Notes: generated from the letters alone by a model not told the origin. A DNA stretch of 64,000 bases from Pristiophorus japonicus (GCF_044704955.1 NC_091979.1:318618001-318682000), one strand, 5' to 3'; shown: positions 1 through 10,160, counted from the first letter of the stretch. Numbers and translations are program-made.

Positions 1-1490
1 TCGAAGGGACTTGCTCGGTCCAGGCTTGAATACAGACTCCCATCAAGTCCACCCACGGGGTCCGTTTATGAACTGCTATTCCCAGAGCATCTCTTATCCC
101 AGGCAAAAAACCGTTCAGAAACTTCATTTGAATTTCTTAGCTTCATTTGCATCTTGATATCATTGGGCCTTTTCGTATTAGCCATATAACCGAGAACGAA
201 AGGAAATAGGGCGCTCATCTGGTGAGCGCATCCCATCAGCTGGTTAAAGTCAATTGAATCCATACCCAGTCGGACGGACACTGCCTCCAACACATACCAC
301 CAATCTCTGTCTGAATCATACACATCCTGGGGAGCACATCCCAAAGGTCCTCGGAGACACATCACAACAAAACCTGTTTTAAATCTGCCGTCTCTAATTC
401 AGGATGGCTACGGCGGAACCTGCCCCAGTTACGGGTCAGGGTGATCGGATTCATCCCCAAGATGACGGGTCCCATCGATTCTACGAGTGCCTTTAATTCA
501 TCCGGTTTCAGACTTCTGCTAGTAGTGGTGACGCTTTCTCTCGGGGGTTGGTCATATGTCCCGGAGACCTCAGAATTAGTGTCAAACTCATCTTCATTAT
601 CTGCCTGGGCTGTTGTAATAGTGGTAGTGATCAGATTAACCTTCTTTGTCTCTGCCGGGGTGTTCCCTCCTGGATAAGGGGGAGGGGGCGTGAGGGTCGG
701 GGGCTGTCCTGACAATAAGAATCTTTGTGGGATTATTTCTGTTTAGTCAGGCCTTCCGGGTTAACATTGGGGTCTCCCAGTTTAGAGCGAGTGATGGCTG
801 CCACAACAGCTGATTGCTTTCCCAGTTTCCCCTGCAATTCTAGTATTTTTAATTCACACTGGGAGTGACCAATGCCCACCGGAGGGGGGCTTACAAGATA
901 CTCTCTGAGAACTCCTCTTGAGTTCCTCAGTTGTGAGGACAAGAGTTTAACCTTGGATTTTAAAGACTGGTTTTGCTCAAAGGCCTGCTGATGACGTTGT
1001 GAAGCCAGTCGGGCTTCCTCTCCTCATGTCGAAGGAAAGAACAGACATTAGCATATCGATCCTGCCAGTCCTGTCATTTTTTTTCAAGTGAAGTATTTTG
1101 TTCTAAGCGCTCGAGTTCTTTCGAGCGGACGGCACACAAGTGGGCCATATTGGGCTGTATATGACTAGCTTCTTTAAGCTTAATCTTCTTCTCATTCACT
1201 TGGGATGCTATCCCATCCCAGTGCTTGGAGTAACTACACCCCTCCTCTTGGACCACTCTAATAACCTCTTTGGCCCTCTGGACCCCGAATTTCTCGGAGA
1301 GACTGCTCATGATTTTATGTCTACAATGAGCATCCGTGATTTGTTTTTTGGTTTCCGTGACGAAGCACACCCCCATACGGGGTTTCCTACCCAGTCGTTC
1401 CACCTGATACCCTTTATGACATTTTAGAGCAAGTCTGTCTCCAACTCGTTTCTCCACAATAACCTTTTTACAGTCCTGCCCCCGAAGCCA
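1..1490 (-). mobile_element. Degenerate Gag-like ORF of an LTR retroelement or endogenous retrovirus (frameshifted, continues off the left edge)
   Basis: The minus-strand ORF pieces 1074-1457, 733-942, 362-715 and 66-365 join across stops and frameshifts. They give a coiled-coil region (..QAFEQNQSLKSKVKLLSSQLRNSRGVLREYL..HSQCELKILELQ..), a PPPY motif (TPPPPYPG) and a capsid-like start (RSLKPDELKALVESMGP..). The family assignment is by recalled resemblance only. Confidence 0.55.
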
Positions 1491-3954
1491 ATTGGTTGGA
1501 AATAGCCAAGTTTAAGGCTATCTCTGGTCCCTTTAATAATCAGGATCAACGGTAAAACCAATCTGGTGGATACATTATATTTAATCAGAGTTTAAGACAG
1601 AATATAACATATTAGTTATAGAGCAAAAACATACAACCGTAACAGGTAGTTGATACCGATTCCGATCGGACAAAAGGCTGATACAAGTGAGCAGTACTCT
1701 GGCTTGCTTGCAGTCTCTTTCTCTCGTCTAGATCTTCCTTCGGTAAAGCATGGGATCTCTCTCGAAAAGTGTTCAATCAGCTAAATTTCTGTTTCGCCCT
1801 TCCCTCACACCATCTATACCATCATTCTTCAGGAAGCTACTTTTATTCTATTTTTAGGAGTGGGCCTGACCCTGGATATTGACAAGACCGTTTGACCTTT
1901 CGAGGTGCCCCTAAAAACTTACTATCCAATAAGCTTTCTAGTTCTTTGTCTCAATTCTTGTTTCAACAACCCGCCTTAAAGATGTCTTACAATTTTGGTC
2001 ACATTTCACTATTTATATCTTATCGAAGTAGCTTTTCTGTGGAATTCCTTTGATACCTCTCTGTCTCTATTCTCCCAGGAACAATCACTACACAGCCTTA
2101 TCCCTCTACTCTTTGAACTATGAAGCTGATGTGGAGTATTACAAAGATGCTCAACACAAGTCTGTTTAGGAGAAAAGATTTGTTTATTAAGTACTCGATC
2201 GAGAGAAAGACAGCTTCTGCACGAGTTCAGTAACTCGGTGATCCAAACTAGCTGTTCTCCTCGAACAAGCGTCAGGTTACTATTTTTATAGTAACAGTCA
2301 AAATACATACAAAATTATGAAGTTCCGTGTGGAAGCTTTCCATTTGTTGTTTCCCTGCCGCATCACAAAGTTTCGCCTAACTTTATGATTGCAAATATTA
2401 ATTAGTTAATACAATTATATTGACAGCAAGCTTCGTTACCTCCCCTGTGCACCTTTTATCTGATAAGTTACGTGCTACATCATTCTCAGGTCTGCGCCTC
2501 TTGGCTGATCTGCTCTCAACCAGTTGAGATTTTTCTCAATCCGCCTTTGTTTCCCGTAATCGTTTATCACCTCATGTGACCTAACCTTGGTCCAACTGTC
2601 TGGGTTATACTGTGATAAGGTGATTTATCTTCCTGAGAGTTGGAGTTTTAACATTTTCCCTGTGTTTCGGAGCACGTATTTCTTTTGTTTCTGACAGCCT
2701 TTATTTTTGGTTGTTAACGTTACTTAATTAGGTCCCCTTTGATTAATTAGGTTCCCTCTACTTCATTTTTTTTCTACAGAAGCAAAACCAAAAAACTGCT
2801 CACCCCAGAGTGTTACGTCTTTTACGACATAGCAACATGTTTACCGTAATTCTACAAACTTCCTTTCATTATCTACACCAGCAGTTTTGTTCAGGTAACT
2901 TTAAACCCTACCCGTTGCATTATACATAAAATACATCAACAAGTATTTAAATTGCCTAGCATCAGGGAGATTGTAAATAGTACAAAAAACTATATCCTCC
3001 ATTTCTAAGCATTTCTCTGATTCGAATCGATATTCCATCTGCAGTTCAAAACAACGATTTAAACATAATATTCTTATCCGTTTTACACATTCGTGACAGT
3101 TTTATACATTTTTAGGAATCCCTGATTTCGAAAAAGTGCTGACAATCAGATGTCCCTCACAACCAACAGTAATACAATAACTCATTGATAGTCTTTATGT
3201 TACAAGCAGTAATAGGTGTAATGTCTCTCTATCCTATGTGTAACTAGCAGTAATACTTTAACCCACTGATACTCACCCTGAAACCATACCCAGAATCCCC
3301 CTGCACTGCACCAGGTGAGGTCAGGCTCCCCAGTTGAAGCCACATTTAAGAGGCCCGATCTCTCTCTCTATCACCTTGGAATCTGATTTGGTCTCCGGTT
3401 CCGTGTGAAGGTGACAATTCTGAACTGGGAACCTCAGTCTGAGCTGATCTGTATTTGGACTTCACACGTCAAACCCGGCCGGCACAGACCCACCTGAACC
3501 AATCCAAGAGATTGCACAAAGGCCAGTGAGCTCAGTGTGTGGGGCACTTCTCACAGGGCACATTGTCCTAAACTCAGCTCAGCACCAACATTTCTAAACC
3601 GTTCCATGTGTTCGGTCTCAATAAAGGAGGGTTTTCATAGAATTATAGAAATGACTGCACAGGAGGAGACCATTCGACCTCGGAGCTTGCACTCTCTTCT
3701 GTAATCCCATTCCCCCCAGATCTTATAACATTCTTCCTTTTCAAATATTTATCACATTCCCTTTAGGTTTTAGAATCCTTGGTTTCTGTTCCCTAGTTCC
3801 CCATTCGCCCACCACTGGAAATAATCTTTCACTATTTACCCACAGTAAGGTCCCCAGGTTTCACTCACCCCTTTACTGGCTGCTCCTCTCTCAGTGTCAC
3901 TCCCACTCACCACGTTACTGCTGCTCCCGGCTCTATGGGAAATACTGGACCCTG

Positions 3955-4870
3955 CACCCACCCCATTCCCCAGTCTCCCTCTCCCCGAACCCCCATTCCC
4001 CAGTCTCCCTCTCCCCGAGCCCCCATTCCCCAGTCTCTCTCTCCCCGAGCCCCCATTCCCCAGTCTCTCTCTCCCAGAGCCCCCATTCCCCAGTCTCCCT
4101 CTCTCCCCAAGCCCCCATTCCCCAGTCTCTCTCCCCCCGAGGCCCCATTCCCCAGTCTCTCTCTCCCCGAGGCCCCATTCCCCAGTCTCCCTCTCCCAGA
4201 GCCCCCATTCCCCAGTCTCCCTCTCTCCCCGAGCCCCCATTCCCCAGTCTCTCTCTCCACGAGGCCCCATTCCCAAGTCTCCCTCTCCCCAAGCCCTCAT
4301 TCCCCAGTCTCCCACTCGCCGAGCCCCCATTCCCCAGTCTCTCTCTCCCCGAGGCCCCATTCCCAAGTCTCCCTCTCCCCAAGCCCTCATTCCCCAGTCT
4401 CTCTCTCCCCGAGCCCCCATTCCCAAGTCTCCCAGTCCCCAAGCCCCCATTCCCCAGTCTCCCGCTCCCTGAGCCCCCATTCCCCAGTCACCCTCTCCCT
4501 GAACCCCCATTCCCCAGTCTCCCACTCTCCACAAGCCCCCATTCCCCAGTCTCCCTCGCCCGGAGCCCCCATTCCCAGTCTCCCTCTTCCCAAGCCCCCA
4601 TTCCCCAGTCTCTCCCTCTCTCCCCGAGCCCCCATTCCCCAGTCTCCCTCTCCCCCACCCCCCATTCCCCAGTCTCCCTCTCCACGAGCCCCCATTCCCC
4701 AGTCTCCCTCTCCCTGAGCCACCATTCCCCAGTCTCTCTCTCCCCAAGCCCCCATTCCCCAGTCTCCCTCACCCAGAGCCCCCATTCCCAGTCTCCCTCT
4801 CCCCAAGACCCCATTCCCAGTCTCCCTCTCTCCCCCAGCCCCCATTCCCAGTCTCCCTCTCCCCCGGCCA
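3955..4870. repeat. C/T-rich ~30-bp minisatellite (ccccattccccagtctccctctccccgagc), ~30 copies; the minus strand is G-quadruplex-type
   Basis: Tandem periodicity of 29-32 bp is directly visible. It generates the spurious GRGRLGNGGS / PIPQSPSP ORFs. Confidence 0.95.
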
Positions 4871-4874
4871 CCAT

Positions 4875-4936
4875 ACATAGAATCATAGAATGGTTACAGC
4901 ACGGAAGACGACCATTTGGCCATCCAGCCCGTGCCG
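4875..4936 (-). mobile_element. CR1-type LINE/SINE 3' tail fragment
   Basis: catagaatcatagaatggttacagcacggaag..ccatttggcc is the reverse complement of a CR1-family 3' end. Confidence 0.6.
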
Positions 4937-5187
4937 AATTAGACACATCTCATTTACATTAAACACCAAAAGACCCAACTGGAGATTTCTATCCAATCAC
5001 CAAAAAGAAAATATCCCCAAACCCACTCAATGATAGATACATTACCGATTACTATTAACACTGGCAGCAGCCAGTGACAATCAAACGAAATGAAGATGCA
5101 GAATCGTGGATTGCTTCTGAATGAACCCTCCTTGCGACACAGCAAGTCCAGATTCTAGTCCCAGTGAACTTCACTTCGGGACCAGCC

Positions 5188-6255
5188 TCAGGCTTGGGCT
5201 GGTGAGTTTGGGGATAATTCTCCTCGTTCAGCAGGGTTCGCTGGGCTGTAACCAGATGTCTCCTCTCCTCCTCTCCTCTTCCACACAACCGCACCGATCA
5301 CAAGAGCAATCAGGGCGACGGCAGCAATCACAATTCCAACAATCAAACCCCTATTTGTTCCCTCTGGCGATCCTGGAGTCACTCGGAACGTCCCGTCCCA
5401 GTCTCGGGTCTTCCCTCCTGCTTGGCCGCTCTGCTCATACTGACAGGAATAGGTGGCTCCATCCGCGGGCTCGATCTGAGCCCATGTCGTGAGCTGGTAG
5501 GTGCCATCGTGGTTGGGCAGGATGCCCGTGGATTCCGTGTCCCTGATTGGCTCGCCATTTCTCAGGAGGGTCACTTGGATTTCGCGAGGGTAAAAACCTG
5601 TGAGGAGACAGGAGAGTTGGGGGGCTTTAATATTCGACGCCTTGTCCACAGAAGGAAACACTTGAGGAGCAACAGCTCCCAGTTCTCTCTCTCCAGCCTT
5701 CAGGTATTTCTTCAGCCACTCGATGCACTCCTGCTCCAGGTAACTTTTGTCCTGCTGCATTTCGGCCCTGTCCTGGTCCCACTTGTTCTTGGTGATCTCT
5801 CCCCACGGTACCGGGGTGACCCACACCAGGCGATCCTTGTCGAAGCTGATCAGGTCCTTCCCGTCCCAGCCGTACTGCCAGAAGCCGCTGGTGGTGCCGT
5901 CATCCCGCAGCTCACAGCCGCACAACCTCTGCAGCGTGTGGATCCCGCCGGTCTGGTTGGTGCGGGTTAAGACGGTCTGAATGTTGCCTTTCATCACCTG
6001 CTCCTTGCCCCGCAGGATCTGTGTGTAGCGCTCCCAGTACTCGGCGCCCTCGCTCTCCCTGATCCACCGCTGCCGCGGGGTGTACTGCCGGCTCACACTG
6101 TCATAGTAAATAAACTGCTGGTCATCCACATAACCCACATCGGTGAACTCAGCAATGCCCGGGAGCGGAGTGATAGCCGTGTGCATGTACCGTAGGGAGT
6201 GAGAGCCTGCACACACCTCTCCACACAGAAGGGCCAGCACGGTCAGTCCAAACAT
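5188..6255 (-). CDS. MHC class I heavy (alpha) chain, intronless, 355 aa (shark-type; possibly the UBA-like lineage)
   Basis: ATG at 6255 in good Kozak context (ACAATG). One uninterrupted frame encodes the signal peptide MFGLTVLALLCGEVCA, alpha1 (GSHSLRY..GYVDD..EYWER..RTNQT, 6207-5947), alpha2 (..GCEL..YGWDGKDLISFD..TKNKWD..YLEQECIEWLKKY, 5946-5674), the alpha3 C1-set domain (LSCLLTGFYP..PNHDGTYQ..YSC), the TM segment LIVGIVIAAVALIALVIGAVVW and a Tyr-containing tail. Confidence 0.96.
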   Translation of the reverse strand: MFGLTVLALLCGEVCAGSHSLRYMHTAITPLPGIAEFTDVGYVDDQQFIYYDSVSRQYTPRQRWIRESEGAEYWERYTQILRGKEQVMKGNIQTVLTRTNQTGGIHTLQRLCGCELRDDGTTSGFWQYGWDGKDLISFDKDRLVWVTPVPWGEITKNKWDQDRAEMQQDKSYLEQECIEWLKKYLKAGERELGAVAPQVFPSVDKASNIKAPQLSCLLTGFYPREIQVTLLRNGEPIRDTESTGILPNHDGTYQLTTWAQIEPADGATYSCQYEQSGQAGGKTRDWDGTFRVTPGSPEGTNRGLIVGIVIAAVALIALVIGAVVWKRRGGEETSGYSPANPAERGELSPNSPAQA

Positions 6256-6349
6256 TGTTACTTCCCTCGACAGGCTGGAATGAGCGGTTTGCAGGCAATC
6301 CTTTTCCGAGAGACCGTCCGTGAGCTGCGCCCAATTCAGACCGTGTGAT

Positions 6350-7306
6350 TCCTGTGCCCTGTGCCGATACTGTGTCTCTGGGACTGTCTCTCTGTGCCCA
6401 GTGCTGATACTGTGTCCCTGGGACTGTCTCTCTGTGCCCAGTGCTGATACTGTGTCTCTGGGACTGTCTCTCTGTGCCCAGTGCTGATACTGTGTCTCTG
6501 GGACTGTCTCTCTGTGCCCTGTGCCGATACTGTGTCTCTGGGACTGTCTCTCTGTGCCCAGTGCTGATACTGTGTCTCTGGGACTGTCTCTGTGCCCTGT
6601 GCTGATACTGTGTCTCTGGGACTGTCTCTCTGTGCCCTGTGCTGATACTGTGTCTCTGGGACTGTCTCTCTGTGCCCTGTGCTGATACTGTGTCCCTGGG
6701 ACTGTCTCTCTGTGCCCTGTGCTGATACTGTGTCTCTGGGACTGTCTCTCTGTGCCCAGTGCTGATACTGTGTCCCTGGGACTGTCTCTCTGTGCCCTGT
6801 GCTGATACTGTGTCTCTGGGACTGTCTCTCTGTGCCCTGTGCTGATACTGTGTCTCTGGGACTGTCTCTCTGTGCCCTGTGCCGATACTGTGTCTCTGGG
6901 ACTGTCTCTCTGTGCCCAGTGCTGATACTGTGTCTCTGGGACTGTCTCTGTGCCCTGTGCTGATACTGTGTCTCTGGGACTGTCTCTCTGTGCCCTGTGC
7001 TGATACTGTGTCTCTGGGACTGTCTCTCTGTGCCCTGTGCCGATACTGTGTCTCTGGGACTGTCTCTCTGTGCCCAGTGCTGATACTGTGTCTCTGGGAC
7101 TGTCTCTGTGCCCTGTGCTGATACTGTGTCTCTGGGACTGTCTCTGTGCCCTGTGCTGATACTGTGTCTCTGGGACTGTCTCTCTGTGCCCTGTGCTGAT
7201 ACTGTGTCTCTGGGACTGTCTCTCGGTGCCCTGTGCTGATACTGTGTCTCTGGGACTGTCTCGGTGCCCTGTGCTGATACTGTGTCTCTGGGACTGTCTC
7301 TCTGTG
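6350..7306. repeat. 40-bp (38-bp variant) minisatellite, ~24 copies, in the presumed 5' UTR of the class I gene
   Basis: Unit gtgctgatactgtgtctctgggactgtctctctgtgccct. The minus strand has no ATG and no stop codon, which explains the artefactual 772-aa ORF. Confidence 0.95.
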
Positions 7307-7340
7307 CTATCTGTTCTTGCGCTTTGCCCAGTGCAGAGTG

Positions 7341-7371
7341 TTTTACACTCAGACTCCTCCGGACTGATTGG
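7341..7371 (-). promoter_or_regulatory. CCAAT box plus TATA-like element (core promoter of the class I gene)
   Basis: The minus strand reads CCAATCAGTCCGGAGGAGTCTGAG-TGTAAAA. The layout resembles the CCAATCAGT...TCTAAA arrangement of mammalian class I promoters. Confidence 0.55.
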
Positions 7372-7494
7372 TTCGAGGGTATATTTGTCTCCAATTACAA
7401 TAAAAACAGGCTGTGAGCCAATAGGCTCCGGGTAGAAAAGACACGGGGAGAGTTTGTGTTGGTGCCGAAATAAACTTTCCAAACATTGAACTAT

Positions 7495-7536
7495 CCAATC
7501 AGACAAATACTGCGAGCTGCATCATCAGTTGCCGGG
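7495..7536 (-). promoter_or_regulatory. MHC X1/X2 box and Y box module (RFX/CREB/NF-Y platform)
   Basis: The minus strand reads CCCGGCAACTGATG, a 20-bp spacer (ATGCAGCTCGCAGTATTTGT), then CTGATTGG. HLA-DRA has CCTAGCAACAGATG, 20 bp, CTGATTGG. The module is oriented toward the class I ORF. Confidence 0.75.
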
Positions 7537-7654
7537 TAGGTTAAAGATAATCCCCGCCTCTCCCGGTCCCGAGTTCTCCCACCACCCTCCAAACCCAACT
7601 TCCCGACTCCCAACCCCCCGAAAGCTCTGCCCACCCCCGGCAGCTCGATCTCCT

Positions 7655-7790
7655 GAGGGGTTCAAGGGATCTGCTGCGAGGGGACTGAAGGGATCTGCTG
7701 GGAGGGGGCTGAAGGGATCGGCTGGGAGGGGGCTGAAGGGATCTGCAGGGAGGGGACTGAAAGAATCTGCTGGGAGGGGGCTGAAGGGAG
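7655..7790. repeat. 24-bp tandem repeat (gaagggatctgctgggagggggct), ~5 copies
   Basis: Directly visible; translates as the LKGSAGRG repeat. Confidence 0.85.
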
Positions 7791-7946
7791 TTGCTGTGGT
7801 GTGTGAGAGAAGGCCAGGGCTGGAGAGGCCCAGTGACCTTGTCTGGAGCCCAGGGATCAGTCCAGCTCTTCCAGGCCCCCACAGAATAAATTACACTCAA
7901 CCTGGCCTCTTCTACCTCCCGCCTGGCCTCACCATGATCCCCCCTG

Positions 7947-8491
7947 ACCCATTCCCCAGTCTCTCTCTCCCGAGCCCCCATTCCCCCTCTCCCCGAGCCC
8001 CCATTCCCCAGTCTCCATCTCCCCGAGGCCCCATTCCCCAGTCTTCCTCTCCCCGAGCCCCCATTCCCCAATCTCTTTCTCCCTGAGCCCCCATTCCCCA
8101 GTCTCCCTCTCCCCGAGCTCCCATTCCCCAGTCTCCCTCTCCCTGAGCCCCCATTCCCCAGTTTCCCTCTCCCCAAGCCTCCATTCCCCAGTCTCCCTCT
8201 CCCCGAGCCCCCATTCCCCAGTTTCCCTCTCCCCAAGCCCCCATTTCCCAGTCTCCCTCTCCCCGAGCCCCCATTCCCCAGTCTCCCTCTCCCCGAGCTC
8301 CCATTCCCCAGTCTCCCTCTCCCCAAGCCTCCATTCCCCATTCTCACTCTCCCCAAGCCCCCATTCCCCAGTCTCCCTCTCCCCGAGCCCCCATTCCCCA
8401 GTCTCCCTCTCCCCGAGCCCCCATTCCCCAGTCTCCCTCTCCCCGAGCCCCCATTCCCCAGTCTCCCATTCCCCGAGCCCTCTTTCCCCAG
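7947..8491. repeat. Second array of the same ~30-bp C/T-rich minisatellite, ~18 copies
   Basis: Same unit and orientation as 3955-4870. Confidence 0.95.
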
Positions 8492-8492
8492 T

Positions 8493-8857
8493 GTTAAGGG
8501 ATGATCTAATTGAGATGTTTGATATGATTAAAGGATTTGACCGGGTCGATCGAGAGAAACGATTTCCTCTGGTGGGGGAGGCCAGAACAAGGGGGCATGA
8601 AATAGAAATTTGAGCTCAGCCATTCAGGGGTGATGTCAGACAGCACCTCTTCACACAAAGGGTAGTGGAAATCTGGAACTCTCTCCCCCAATAAGCTGTC
8701 GAGGTTAGGCCAATTAAAAATGTCAAAACTGAGATGATAGAATTTTGTTAGACAAGGGTATTAAGGGTTACAGAACCAGGGTGGGTAGATGGAGTTGTGA
8801 TACAGTTCAGCCATGATAAATTAAATGGTGGAACATGTTCCTATGTTCCTACCTATG
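8493..8857 (+). mobile_element. CR1 LINE 3' fragment
   Basis: Degenerate ORF2 C-terminus (..DLIEMFDMIKGFDRVD..FFTQRVVEIWNSLP-like) followed by a ctatgttc tail. Confidence 0.85.
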
Positions 8858-9138
8858 ATCATACTAATGGATGATCGTGGATTTCTGCTGGCACTCATGA
8901 GCCAATTGTTCATTTGTTGTTGCCTCCGGGACCATTACGGGATTCCAATGGGTTTCCCCCGAACTGAGGGATGCCAGGCAGTGAGGCTGCAGGGAGGTGT
9001 TCCGGGCCCATGTGCACTGACCTGCTCATCTGTTCTGCTATTCTGACTTTACCAGCATTGCTATGTTGATTATATATGAGCTAAAAATGTAAGTTAGATA
9101 CACATGAGATGGGCTTTGATTATTTTGTTCTCTTACAG

Positions 9139-10160
9139 CAACACACTGAATGATTGCTTGAAAGCAAAACTCGGCCAGCTTCAATGTCACTTCACGTGGG
9201 GCCCACAGAGAGACAGCATTGACTTGGACGACATGAAGTATAGATTACAAGATTTAATACAGGCTCGTGTGAAATATCAGGCCAGGTCTGACAACCACCT
9301 CGCATTTGTAAACTGTCAGCAAGGCAATTCAAAGGGGCAATTCAAAACTTAAAGGAAGCTGAAAAGATTCTGAGGGAGAACCATGAACATGAATTTGAAA
9401 GAAGAAGCATCATCACCTATGGAAACTATGCCTGGGTATATTATCACATGGGCCAACTGACAGAGGCCCAGTCCTACCTCGACAAGCTGGAGATGATCTG
9501 TAAATAATTTACTGATGGCTCTCAGTATACAGCACTGATACCTGAAGTATACGGGGAGAAGGGTTGGTCACTGTTGAATTCTCCTTGTCAATACTATGAA
9601 GAGGCAAAGGAATGTTTTGAGAAGACTCTGGAGGAAGATCCTGATGACACTGAATGGAACGTTGGCTATGCGACTGTTTTGTTCCGTCTGGAAGGGTTTT
9701 CTGGTACCCCAGAGAGTGGTGACCGCAGCCAATCAGTGAAGCAGTTGTGACGTGTGCTGGAACTTGATCCAGATGACTCTGTAGCCATGTTGGCTCTAAA
9801 ACTACAAGAGTTCAATCAAAAGGTGGAAGAACACGAATTAGTTGAACAAGCATTGCAGAAGTCCCCTGATCTTCCATATGTAACTCGTTCTGCAGCAAAA
9901 TTTTACAGAAGAGAAGGAAATGTGGAAAAAGCTGTGGAGCTGTTGAAGAAAGCATTAAAAATTACTCCAAACTCTACCTTCATACACCACCAAATAGGTC
10001 AGTGTTGCAGAAAAAAAATATTTCAACTGATCAAATATCCAGGCAGCAAAGCCCCTCGCAATCCTGCTTTTCAACAGAAAGCTGAGTTGATCAATCAATG
10101 CAAGTACTATTTTGAAAAGGCATTTGAGCAGAAGCCATCATTTATTTTTGCACAATTGCA
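9139..10160 (+). pseudogene. IFIT: IFIT (interferon-induced protein with tetratricopeptide repeats) pseudogene, exon 2, 5' part
   Basis: A splice acceptor (ttctcttacag at 9128-9138) precedes (S)NTLNDCLKAKLGQLQCHFTW..YGNYAWVYYHMG..EVYGEKGWSLL..YEEAKECFEK..LELDPDD..AAKFYRREG..HHQIGQC. There is a frameshift near 9330 and in-frame stops near 9503 and at 9748. Confidence 0.92.

Noticed and set aside
3836-4946. Gly/Trp-rich and Pro/Ser-rich ORFs (also 7541-8356)
   Set aside because: Translations of the 30-bp minisatellite, open in many frames on both strands.
7465-7480. ISRE in the class I promoter (gaaataaact), and an NF-kB-like GGGGATTATC at 7546-7555
   Set aside because: Both deviate from consensus, and the ISRE-like site lies downstream of the Y box; too weak to call.
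5188-7506. 772-aa ORF as a class I protein with a long repetitive N-terminal extension
   Set aside because: It starts at TTG inside the promoter X-Y spacer and merely reads through a stop-free minisatellite. The real start is the Kozak ATG at 6255, followed by a signal peptide.
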